A stretch of DNA of 38,131 nt, taken from positions 1-38,131 of IMG/VR virus record IMGVR_UViG_3300005405_000058, one strand, 5' to 3'. Position 1 is the first letter of the stretch, and every line of letters begins with the position of its first letter. The stretch comes from a virus (taxonomy: Duplodnaviria > Caudoviricetes). A program made the translations under genes and the position numbers. This document shows, one piece after another, positions 1-7,555 of the stretch. The notes beneath the pieces are model-generated. The model was given only the letters and a program-made list of their open reading frames with translations. It ran no database searches and was not told the DNA's origin.

Positions 1-837
1 ATGGATGGGAATGCACGGCATAAGAATATTTCCTTTCCAGGACACAACCATGCTTCCCTTTATGATGTAACCACAATGGAACCAGTAATAAAAAAAGTAT
101 TAGAAAATTATGGGGTAGAAATTAAAACAAATACGAGAGTGGTTGATGTCGTAAAATATAGTAAAAAAATACAAGCACTCGTCATTGATAGTGGTGATGA
201 AATAAAAGGTGATGTATTTGTTGATACTACAGGTACAGCAGGGCCCATGGGCAATTGCCTCCGATATGGAAATGGCTGCGCGATGTGTGTTATGCGTTGT
301 CCCTCTTTTGGTCCTCGGATTAGCGTGACTGCCAAAGCTGATATTAAGGAGATTATGGGGAGAAAAGCAGATGGATCACTAGGAGCTATGAGCGGATCTT
401 GTAAGTTAAATAAAGATTCACTCAGTAGGGAAATCAAAGAAAAGTTAGAGCGTGATGGTGTTGTCGTATTGCCCGTACCAGAAAAGTTGCAACGACTTAG
501 TTCGTTAGGTAAAAAAGCCTGTACCCAATATGCTATTTCTGATTATGCAGTCAATCTGGTCTTACTTGACACTGGGCATGCAAAATTAATGACTTCGTAT
601 TTCCCAATCGAAGAGCTACGGACAATTCCGGGATTAGAGCAGGCGCGCTATGAAGATCCCTATGCGGGTAGTCTTGGTAATTCTATGCGCTATCTAGGCA
701 TTGCTCCATGTAATCATACTCTACAAGTAGAAGGGGCGGAAAATCTATTTTGTGGTGGAGAAAAAGCAGCAATCGTAGTTGGGCATACCGAAGCCATTAT
801 TACGGGTTTGCTTGCGGGCAATAATGCTGTAGCGTAG
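1..837 (+). CDS. Host FAD-dependent oxidoreductase (GidA-like, clostridial family); 5' end outside the window, 3' end truncated by the prophage
   Basis: Motifs DVFVDTTGTAGPMGNC, CAMCVMRCP and NLFCGGEK...GHTEAIITGLLAGNNAV. From recall, family members continue ~80 aa past 'AGxNAVR'; here the frame stops at NAVA*, 20 bp from the integrase stop. Confidence 0.8.
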   Translation: MDGNARHKNISFPGHNHASLYDVTTMEPVIKKVLENYGVEIKTNTRVVDVVKYSKKIQALVIDSGDEIKGDVFVDTTGTAGPMGNCLRYGNGCAMCVMRCPSFGPRISVTAKADIKEIMGRKADGSLGAMSGSCKLNKDSLSREIKEKLERDGVVVLPVPEKLQRLSSLGKKACTQYAISDYAVNLVLLDTGHAKLMTSYFPIEELRTIPGLEQARYEDPYAGSLGNSMRYLGIAPCNHTLQVEGAENLFCGGEKAAIVVGHTEAIITGLLAGNNAVA

Positions 838-856
838 TATACCATTTGATATGCAA
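808..856. other. Putative attL junction (crossover near 828-832)
   Basis: Host-like coding ends at ...AATGCTGTA. Weak dyad symmetry around TA 830-831. Adjacent to the 3' end of the serine integrase. Confidence 0.55.
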
Positions 857-2323
857 TTAACCAAAGGTAATGTTGATATTATTGTTTTTATCAATCGTTA
901 CGCTTTTAACAAAACTTAATAATAATTGTCGATGTTCTTCATTTGTTGCATTTTCCCAGATCACATCGAAGTTTTTTAAAATATGACTAATTTCCTTTAC
1001 GGTTACTGCTTTACTGATATTTAAGTTAAGAGTTTCATCGTATCCAAGTATTTTATTTTCTAAAAATACACGTTGCTCTCTCAAGTCTTTAATGCGATCA
1101 ACAAGATCATCTGCAGATATAATATTTTTTTCAAAAGCATCGTACCACTTTTCAAGTTTATTTTTAATTGTATTGAGATCCTTAGTAGCTTGTGCTTTAG
1201 CTTTAGTGATATGTTTATTCATATTAGTATCTAAGAGGGTATCCATCGCTTCTTTTAATAACTTAGGATTTTGTCTATATTCATACAAATGTTCTACAAC
1301 AGCCCTATCGATCTCAGGGGCACGTTTGTAACCACATTTACAATTAACATCGCGAATCATAGATTTAGCACAACCGTCTTGCGAATAACATGTATAGTAA
1401 CCTACTTTGGGCAACATAGGTTTTCGTGGATTCTTCCATACTTTTTTCATTCTCATTCTAGCACCACATTCACCACAATAAATAATCCCAGTCAAAAGAC
1501 CAGACTCAGCATCAGGGTTGTAAGTAGTTCGGATTGATTTAATCTTTTGCGCACTATAAAAATTTTCTTCTGAGATGATAGCTGGATGTTGTCCTTTATG
1601 CATCGAGTTTTTATGCTCCACTAATCCGGCATAAAAGGCGTTTCTTAAGATAGCCCTAACAGTACCCCTTATCCATTCTGTTGCGGTGCCTGGCGTGGGG
1701 ATACAGCGCTCATTTAGCTCATCAGCTATATACTGATATCCCTTTCCACTAGTCAAATATTCCGAAAAAATAAAACGGACCGTTTCAGCTTCTAATTCGT
1801 TGATCTCTAACTTTCTTGTATCTCGATTAAAATTATAACCTAAAGCAATAGGGCCACCCATAAAGCGACCTTGTTTTGCAGCTTCTTTTTTACCTTCTTT
1901 GACACGTTCGACTATAGTCTCACGTTCCAGCTGGGCAAAGACTGCCATCATGCCGATAGCAGCTTTACCAAATGGAGTAGTGGTATCAAATGGCTCTGAC
2001 ACCGATTTAAAACCAACTTTATTAGGCTCAAAAACATCTTCAAGGAGATAAAGTACATCTTTCTGGCGTCTAGACAAACGATCGAGCTTAATTACTATAA
2101 CAGCATCAATTTTATGTTCTTTGACATCATCTATTAATTTACTCATACCTGGGCGATTAAGATTTTTACCGCTGTAGCCGTCATCTATATACAGATCATA
2201 TAAATTCCAACCTTGCGATTGACAATAGGCGATTATGCGCGATTTCTGAGAGGGGAGCGAAACACCATGCTCTGCTTGTTCATCCGTACTAACTCGTAAA
2301 TATCCAGCTGCTGATATTGTCAT
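857..2323 (-). CDS. Large serine recombinase (integrase)
   Basis: YLRVSTDEQ catalytic Ser motif, DDGYSG, KLDRLSR, recombinase domain, zinc ribbon (LTGIIYCGECG...C) and coiled coil. SD AGGAGG upstream. Confidence 0.97.
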   Translation of the reverse strand: MTISAAGYLRVSTDEQAEHGVSLPSQKSRIIAYCQSQGWNLYDLYIDDGYSGKNLNRPGMSKLIDDVKEHKIDAVIVIKLDRLSRRQKDVLYLLEDVFEPNKVGFKSVSEPFDTTTPFGKAAIGMMAVFAQLERETIVERVKEGKKEAAKQGRFMGGPIALGYNFNRDTRKLEINELEAETVRFIFSEYLTSGKGYQYIADELNERCIPTPGTATEWIRGTVRAILRNAFYAGLVEHKNSMHKGQHPAIISEENFYSAQKIKSIRTTYNPDAESGLLTGIIYCGECGARMRMKKVWKNPRKPMLPKVGYYTCYSQDGCAKSMIRDVNCKCGYKRAPEIDRAVVEHLYEYRQNPKLLKEAMDTLLDTNMNKHITKAKAQATKDLNTIKNKLEKWYDAFEKNIISADDLVDRIKDLREQRVFLENKILGYDETLNLNISKAVTVKEISHILKNFDVIWENATNEEHRQLLLSFVKSVTIDKNNNINITFG

Positions 2324-2354
2324 ATGTACCTCCTGAAACTAATAAAAAGTTATA

Positions 2355-2391
2355 AAATAACCACGATATTTATATTGTATCGTGGTTATTT
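2355..2391 (-). terminator. Hairpin or terminator between the immunity operon and the integrase
   Basis: Perfect 14-bp inverted repeat AAATAACCACGATA / TATCGTGGTTATTT followed by T-rich sequence on the minus strand. Confidence 0.65.
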
Positions 2392-2412
2392 AGCGTGTTT
2401 TTATTATTTACT

Positions 2413-2778
2413 CTATTTTACTTTAGCAATACGTTTATTCGATTTAGTTTTATCTAAGATAGATATTTTAATATCGTGATGAGTGACCTTGTCTTCAATA
2501 CGATCGAGTTGACGAGCGTGGGCTTGTAAAGCTCTAGAGTGGTCCTCTAATTGTTCTGTTATTACTTTCATTGACGGCTTGACTTCATTTTCGAGAATGA
2601 TGTTAGTTTTTGTGATTTTTTGATCAAGAGCGGTGAATTGCTCAATTGTAAACTGTTGAAAGGCAACAAGTTGTTGTTCGAGAGCTGACTGTCCGGTTTT
2701 TACATCTTGAATATCAGTTTTCACAGATTGAAGTTCATTTAAAATTTGTTTTAATATTTGCTCACTCATAGTAGTCAC
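2413..2778 (-). CDS. Coiled-coil hypothetical protein (immunity operon)
   Basis: 121-aa ORF with heptad pattern and SD; co-oriented with the repressor. Confidence 0.7.
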   Translation of the reverse strand: MTTMSEQILKQILNELQSVKTDIQDVKTGQSALEQQLVAFQQFTIEQFTALDQKITKTNIILENEVKPSMKVITEQLEDHSRALQAHARQLDRIEDKVTHHDIKISILDKTKSNKRIAKVK

Positions 2779-2793
2779 TCCTTTTCTTAGCTG

Positions 2794-3834
2794 CTATCCT
2801 ATATTTCCCAAACTAGCAATATAATTATCATAAAATGTCCAAAAATCATTTTCATGTACAAGTACTAATTTATTTCCGTTTTTGCGTAATTTAATAGCAG
2901 CCTCTACTTTTCTTCCATAGCAGGAAAAAGCCCAACAAGGATTTCCTTCGTTGCCTATTATTAAATATTCTGTACTAGAAACTACATTATCTTTATAGTA
3001 GCCTCCCAGAGAAGTTATGATACTTGCAAAACCAGTTCGAGTTAATTTTGAAGATTTGCCTGTAAAACAGAATGTTTTTTCAGCAATTGAAAGATCAGGA
3101 TATTTGGCGCAAACACCAAGCTTAGACATATCTTTTTTTATTATTGCTATATCAGAACAATTTATGTTTTTGGAATTTTTGGTATCAATAAAATCAGTAA
3201 AGAAAGCTTTCAATAATTTCTTTTCGTCATCATCTAATATACCGTCTTCTAAAACTAATGCGGTCAAACTATATAATTCATCATAGGGGTAAGTTGATGA
3301 TAAATGCTTATTATCATCTAACCAAGCTTGTAGACCTTGAATTTCTTGAAGCGTAATTTCGTTATCTGCCAAAATACCATGCAGTATTCCATGAAGTTGA
3401 AGTATGTCTTCAGTAATAACATCTTTATATATATTATCGGTAGTTAAACTCGTACACAGCCAGTCAAGGTCTTTAATTTCTTCTGGACCAAAATAGCCAT
3501 CATCAATAGCTTTAAGAATGGTAGGAATTAACTCGCAAAATGGATGCTTGTTTAAAAATTTATTATGAATTTTACACCAGTTTTTTAATTCATCTAACTC
3601 TAAAGAATTGATTGCTCCATCTATAATAATACCTTTCAAGATCCCTCTTAAGGTATAAAGAGATTTTTGTATATCATATTTTGAAGAAAATTGAACATGG
3701 ACATTTTTATCATAAGCCTGTGTTCGCTCAATTATTTTGTGCGAAAGTACAGTAGGGGTGATGTTTTTACTCTCACTATTGCAGTAACAACAAATATTAC
3801 TATCTATTTCATGGCCACAATCTGGACATCTCAT
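2794..3834 (-). CDS. Zn-ribbon + tandem TerB-like helical repeats + BRCT domain protein
   Basis: N-terminal CPDC..CCYC. Two repeats (LRGILKGIIIDGAINSLE..W / LHGILHGILADNEITLQE..W). C-terminal BRCT (FCFTGK..R..I..LGG..TEYLIIG..GRKVEAA..VHENDFW). SD GGAGG before MRCPDC. Confidence 0.75.
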   Translation of the reverse strand: MRCPDCGHEIDSNICCYCNSESKNITPTVLSHKIIERTQAYDKNVHVQFSSKYDIQKSLYTLRGILKGIIIDGAINSLELDELKNWCKIHNKFLNKHPFCELIPTILKAIDDGYFGPEEIKDLDWLCTSLTTDNIYKDVITEDILQLHGILHGILADNEITLQEIQGLQAWLDDNKHLSSTYPYDELYSLTALVLEDGILDDDEKKLLKAFFTDFIDTKNSKNINCSDIAIIKKDMSKLGVCAKYPDLSIAEKTFCFTGKSSKLTRTGFASIITSLGGYYKDNVVSSTEYLIIGNEGNPCWAFSCYGRKVEAAIKLRKNGNKLVLVHENDFWTFYDNYIASLGNIG

Positions 3835-3923
3835 AATAAACGCCTCCAATATTTTTGTATTTAATTGTATTTCCCTCTTTGTGATAACTTCAATGTAGTT
3901 CTAACATCCCTTGGTAAAAACTT

Positions 3924-4343
3924 TTACTTTCCCACAGCGGCCGCTTGTTCATCATCGTCTGGGGAAATAGTATCGGCAACTTTATGCATAGTATCCTTTT
4001 CGTTATCCTTCATTTTTCGGTATTTTTCAATAAGTGCTAGTTCATCATCTGAGAATTGTGGAGAAGTTGGATCGAGTTTAATTGGGGCGGGTTGAGGAGT
4101 GCTTAGTGTAGTGCTACTTGATGCAAGAAATAACTCAGTGGCCATAATGTTTAGACCAATTGCCAGCTTCTCTATTGTTTCAAGCGTAGGAGAAACAGGT
4201 TTTTTGGTTTTTCCATCATAACCTTTTTCTAAACTATCAATATATGAATGACTTAGATCGCAGCGCTTTGCAAATTCGCGTAATGATAAGCCTTTGTCTT
4301 CTCTATTTTTTTTTATAAAATCGCCAAGCGGATTCATTATCAT
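3924..4343 (-). CDS. XRE-family HTH phage repressor (CI-like)
   Basis: LSLREFAKRCDLSHSYIDSLEKG HTH; divergent from the Cro-like gene. Confidence 0.9.
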   Translation of the reverse strand: MIMNPLGDFIKKNREDKGLSLREFAKRCDLSHSYIDSLEKGYDGKTKKPVSPTLETIEKLAIGLNIMATELFLASSSTTLSTPQPAPIKLDPTSPQFSDDELALIEKYRKMKDNEKDTMHKVADTISPDDDEQAAAVGK

Positions 4344-4380
4344 TATTCACCATCCTTATGGTTATAATTTTACCACGCTT

Positions 4381-4480
4381 TGTATGAAATACCGTACAAA
4401 AAAACATAAAAATAATGTACTGTATACTTGACAATGAATAATTAAGTATGGTATTCTTTACATGTAAGGTATACAGAACA
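4381..4480. promoter_or_regulatory. Genetic switch: four 18-bp palindromic operators and the rightward promoter
   Basis: TGTATGAAATACCGTACA 4381-4398, TGTACTGTATACTTGACA 4416-4433, AGTATGGTATTCTTTACA 4445-4462, TGTAAGGTATACAGAACA 4463-4480 (consensus TGTAnnGTATACnnTACA). -35 TTGACA at 4428 and extended -10 TGgTATTCT at 4449-4457. Confidence 0.8.
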
Positions 4481-4496
4481 AACGGAGGTGGTGAAA

Positions 4497-4763
4497 ATGC
4501 TAGAAAATAAAATTGCTGAATATAGAAAAAACAAGAAACTTACACAACAAGATTTAGCGGATATGGTAGGTATTCAGCGTCCATATTTATCGGATCTTGA
4601 AAATAGTAAATATGAGCCAGGTGGATTATTGATGTTGAAAATAGCAAAAGCATTATGTGTTGATGTTAATAAAATTTTTTTTATCAACAATGTACAGTAT
4701 AAAGAACAAATTATTGATGCTGAAACAAGTTGTACAGTAAACCCAATAAATTTAAGTGCCTGA
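4497..4763 (+). CDS. Cro-like XRE HTH regulator
   Basis: LTQQDLADMVGIQRPYLSDLEN HTH; SD GGAGGTG. Confidence 0.88.
   Translation: MLENKIAEYRKNKKLTQQDLADMVGIQRPYLSDLENSKYEPGGLLMLKIAKALCVDVNKIFFINNVQYKEQIIDAETSCTVNPINLSA
4691..4708. promoter_or_regulatory. Fifth operator copy, inside the cro gene
   Basis: TGTACAGTATAAAGAACA matches the operator consensus. Confidence 0.7.
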
Positions 4764-4855
4764 GGTTGGAATGAGAGGGATTGGAGAAAGGGGGTGAGAG
4801 AGAGGGGGAGATAGCTTCTAGAAGCACCAAGTTAGTTAGAAAGGAGGGTGGGTAA

Positions 4856-5092
4856 ATGTTAGCTAAAGATAAAACCGCCACTACTGGTAATAATGACGGA
4901 AAGGAAATCATTAAAATAAAACTCCAATACAGAAAAGAAAATAGTGATCTGCAAATAAATACGGATTTCATTTCTATTGAAATCGAGGATCACCGAATAA
5001 AATCCTTTCAACTAATTGAACAGCGAGATAATGGCAAAGAAATAGAAATGACCACGATTCCAGTCGAGGTCATTCAATCCCGTGTTTATTAG
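4856..5092 (+). CDS. Hypothetical protein
   Basis: 78-aa ORF with SD AAGGAGG. Confidence 0.55.
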   Translation: MLAKDKTATTGNNDGKEIIKIKLQYRKENSDLQINTDFISIEIEDHRIKSFQLIEQRDNGKEIEMTTIPVEVIQSRVY

Positions 5093-5328
5093 ATTAGTTC
5101 AATAGCAATGATGAGATCCAACTTGTCGTTATCATCTTCCAGTCTATGAATTTTTATTAAACCATCATTTTCTAATTTATCCAGATAGGAACAGATGAGA
5201 TCTTGGTTATCAATAGCGTAATGAGTTTTAAGATAATTAAAAATGTCAACAAAACCTATCACATTACCTAATTTATCATAGTTGCGAATTGGTAATGATT
5301 TAATAATTTCCAATAAATTGATTTTCAT
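5089..5328 (-). CDS. Small accessory protein (possible winged helix), own leftward unit
   Basis: SD AGGAGGTG before MKINLLEII; pattern YLDKLENDGLIKI. Confidence 0.65.
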   Translation of the reverse strand: MKINLLEIIKSLPIRNYDKLGNVIGFVDIFNYLKTHYAIDNQDLICSYLDKLENDGLIKIHRLEDDNDKLDLIIAIELI

Positions 5329-5351
5329 AAATTCACCTCCTTTCTGAGGTG

Positions 5352-5380
5352 ATAATTCGACAAAAGGCATTAATTACCTG
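5352..5380 (-). promoter_or_regulatory. SigH-like promoter / Spo0A-box-like sequence
   Basis: Minus strand CAGGT...TTTTGTCGAAT; TGTCGAA at 5356-5362. Confidence 0.4.
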
Positions 5381-5523
5381 TATTAAATTGCCAAAGAACT
5401 AACTTAGTTTTATGAATTGCGACTTGTAGCGATGTACACGCGCTCGGAGTGCATCAACAGAGAACAAGTAAGTTGTGTAAAAAAAAGTAGGTTATTTCAG
5501 CAAGGGATGCTAAACCAGGTGGA

Positions 5524-5697
5524 TTACTTATCAAGTATAATTTCTCCATATTTTTTTTCATAGCTTTGTACATATTGTTTTAGAATCAGTTCAGCCTCCT
5601 TGCTTAAGGAGCGACCATGATTATGAGCGAGGCACTGCAGCTTTAATTTAAGCATGGCACTTGCACGTACTGTGATATGTGGTAATTCAGATGCCAT
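5524..5697 (-). CDS. Arc-like ribbon-helix-helix protein (not in the ORF track)
   Basis: Manual translation MASELPHITVRASAMLKLKLQCLAHNHGRSLSKEAELILKQYVQSYEKKYGEIILDK (57 aa). SD GGAGG; GRSxxxE motif. Confidence 0.8.
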   Translation of the reverse strand: MASELPHITVRASAMLKLKLQCLAHNHGRSLSKEAELILKQYVQSYEKKYGEIILDK

Positions 5698-5773
5698 TTA
5701 CAGCGCCTCCTAATAGATATTCACATTAAATAATAGCATATAGTAGGCGGTAGAAGCGGGAAGTGGATCGGAA

Positions 5774-5790
5774 TGACGCAAAGTGACGCA
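5774..5790. promoter_or_regulatory. TGACGCA direct repeat, likely RHH operator
   Basis: TGACGCA at 5774 and 5784 (10-bp period), upstream of the Arc-like gene. Confidence 0.45.
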
Positions 5791-5800
5791 CTTTGGGTTG

Positions 5801-5830
5801 TGATACTGGACAAATAGTAATGCATAGATT
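5801..5830 (+). promoter_or_regulatory. SigE/SigK-like (mother-cell sporulation) promoter
   Basis: TGATACT-N15-CATAGATT, 17 bp upstream of the ATG at 5848. Confidence 0.4.
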
Positions 5831-5847
5831 ATATGGGGGTGGTGAGG

Positions 5848-5982
5848 ATGACGAAAAAATACAATGTGACAATAAGCTATGATCCTCAAGCCGATCTAGA
5901 TAAATTAGCAAGAGGATATGCAATTATTGTCAAAGTTGCTAAACGTATCGCTGAGCAACGTAAGTGTGAACAGGCCGGTTAA
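5848..5982 (+). CDS. 44-aa basic protein, candidate recombination directionality factor (not in the ORF track)
   Basis: MTKKYNVTISYDPQADLDKLARGYAIIVKVAKRIAEQRKCEQAG, SD GGGGGTGG. RDF function is inference only. Confidence 0.55.
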   Translation: MTKKYNVTISYDPQADLDKLARGYAIIVKVAKRIAEQRKCEQAG

Positions 5983-6075
5983 ATCCGGCTGGATAGATAT
6001 TGGACAAGCGTTTTAATAAAAAAGGCCCGTCTAGTGGACAGGCAAGTGGGGGTGAGGAAATAAGATGTTGTCCTC

Positions 6076-6567
6076 TTGATTAAATTATCTCATAAAAAGG
6101 AGTGGATTACAGTGTTTACTGATACACGAAAGAACCGCAAAATGTCCCAAGATGCGGTTGCTGGCGAGTGTGGAATTGACCGAAAGCGGTACATGAAGAT
6201 TGAAAATGATAATACCCTGCCAGATCCCCATGAATTAATCGCAATCGATCACTGCCTAGAGCAGCATGGTAACTTAATTAGGAATTATTGCAGCTGCCAT
6301 TGTCCAGCTGGAAAAGCAATTGGATTGTCCTTCGAAGCAATGCCACCGCTGCTGGCAGGAGTACAAGTGATGAAGTTCCTGCGGGATGCTGAGAATACTA
6401 GGCCGGAATTAGAAGATATTTTGTCCGATGGAATTATTGACGAATATGAACAGGTACGGTTTGCGGCAATTTGCGAGAAGTATTATAACCTCGCGAATGC
6501 TATAACATCTCTAGTAATGCATAAAAAAACCACTTGCGTTGGCGCGCAAATGGTTTTAAGAGCTTAA
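6076..6567 (+). CDS. XRE HTH + CII-like phage regulatory protein
   Basis: MSQDAVAGECGIDRKRYMKIEN HTH; YCSCHCPAG and ILSDGIIDEYE motifs. Confidence 0.75.
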   Translation: MIKLSHKKEWITVFTDTRKNRKMSQDAVAGECGIDRKRYMKIENDNTLPDPHELIAIDHCLEQHGNLIRNYCSCHCPAGKAIGLSFEAMPPLLAGVQVMKFLRDAENTRPELEDILSDGIIDEYEQVRFAAICEKYYNLANAITSLVMHKKTTCVGAQMVLRA

Positions 6568-6582
6568 ACCGATTAAATTAAC
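6523..6582 (-). ncRNA. Predicted ~60-nt antisense sRNA 1
   Basis: Minus-strand promoter TTGACC (6613-6618)-18-TATAAT (6589-6594) with TG extension; terminator stem 6526-6557 ending in a U7 tract. Confidence 0.6.
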
Positions 6583-6632
6583 ACTCCGATTATAACACGC
6601 CGTGTAGTCGGTGGTCAAGGAGGGCGTTATTC

Positions 6633-6899
6633 ATGAGTAAAATGACAGTTGAATCTTTTCTAAGGCTGCACGTAAAGCAACTTAGTAATGTTGAGTATAA
6701 AAAAGGTTATGAGTATGCAAAGCGATGGTTAGTAGAAACATTGAGACATATGAATATGTCGGATCTATTTGGTCTTTTGCGATCGATGAGAAACATTGGC
6801 TTTAAGGAAAATGATTATTACGCAATTGGGCAATCACAAGTGATATTAGAGATCATCGGTGAACGTCTAGATGGAGGTGTAATGATTGTATCTAATTAA
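6633..6899 (+). CDS. Hypothetical protein
   Basis: 88-aa ORF with SD AAGGAGG. Confidence 0.7.
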   Translation: MSKMTVESFLRLHVKQLSNVEYKKGYEYAKRWLVETLRHMNMSDLFGLLRSMRNIGFKENDYYAIGQSQVILEIIGERLDGGVMIVSN

Positions 6900-7122
6900 G
6901 CGTTTAAAAAGTAAAGTTTGCCCTTATTGTAAAACGATAGGCGAGGTAATGCGGATGCATAATCAGACCGATTTATGCATGCAATGTCCTAAATGTAGAG
7001 CAAACTGGTATACGCAATCAGGTATATGTCCTGATTGCGGTAATCCAAACAAGTATCTAAGCGATGGACCATGTGTTGAGTGCTATAAGGATAGAAAAAA
7101 AGAAGTAAGGCGGGTGGTATAA
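6886..7122 (+). CDS. Cys-rich zinc-ribbon protein
   Basis: Four CxxC pairs. Confidence 0.7.
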   Translation: MYLIKRLKSKVCPYCKTIGEVMRMHNQTDLCMQCPKCRANWYTQSGICPDCGNPNKYLSDGPCVECYKDRKKEVRRVV

Positions 7123-7123
7123 A

Positions 7124-7318
7124 GTGGATAAAAAAATAATATCAGCCGAAGAGATAAGGGAAGGAATTAATGGTTATGGATGTTCTTATTTTATTGGCAG
7201 GGTATCAAGTGTTGTAGAATCAGCTCTTCTTGCAGGTGAGCAGGATATACCTATAGACAAATTATTAAAAGCGTTTGAGGATGCAAAAGAATTTGCCCAG
7301 CGGGAAGGGGTGGGTTAA
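7124..7318 (+). CDS. Hypothetical protein
   Basis: 64-aa ORF abutting its neighbours. Confidence 0.6.
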   Translation: MDKKIISAEEIREGINGYGCSYFIGRVSSVVESALLAGEQDIPIDKLLKAFEDAKEFAQREGVG

Positions 7319-7519
7319 GTGCCATGTAAAAATTATCAGCCGCAACGGTGCGGAACGTGTCGTTCCTTTGATCGTGAAACTTATCGCGGTATGGGTAAAA
7401 AAGTATGTTATGAACTGCAACGTGATGCTAATGGCCAGAAAGTTGCAGTCCAGGTATCGGAAAACAAAAAAGCATGCAATAAGTTTCGTATCGCTAAAAA
7501 AGTAGGAAGAGCGGTGTGA
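7319..7519 (+). CDS. Small Cys-containing basic protein
   Basis: CGTC...C...C pattern; translationally coupled. Confidence 0.55.
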   Translation: MPCKNYQPQRCGTCRSFDRETYRGMGKKVCYELQRDANGQKVAVQVSENKKACNKFRIAKKVGRAV

Positions 7520-7555
7520 GTAAAAAAGTGATTTAAATTGATTGGAGTGGAAAAA

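Noticed and set aside
4764-4855. Purine-rich run with several SD-like G-tracts
   Set aside because: No coherent ORF or repeat unit; likely residue of gene turnover.
7275-7505. Alternative-frame 76-aa ORF
   Set aside because: It overlaps two ORFs that abut cleanly and have better start contexts.
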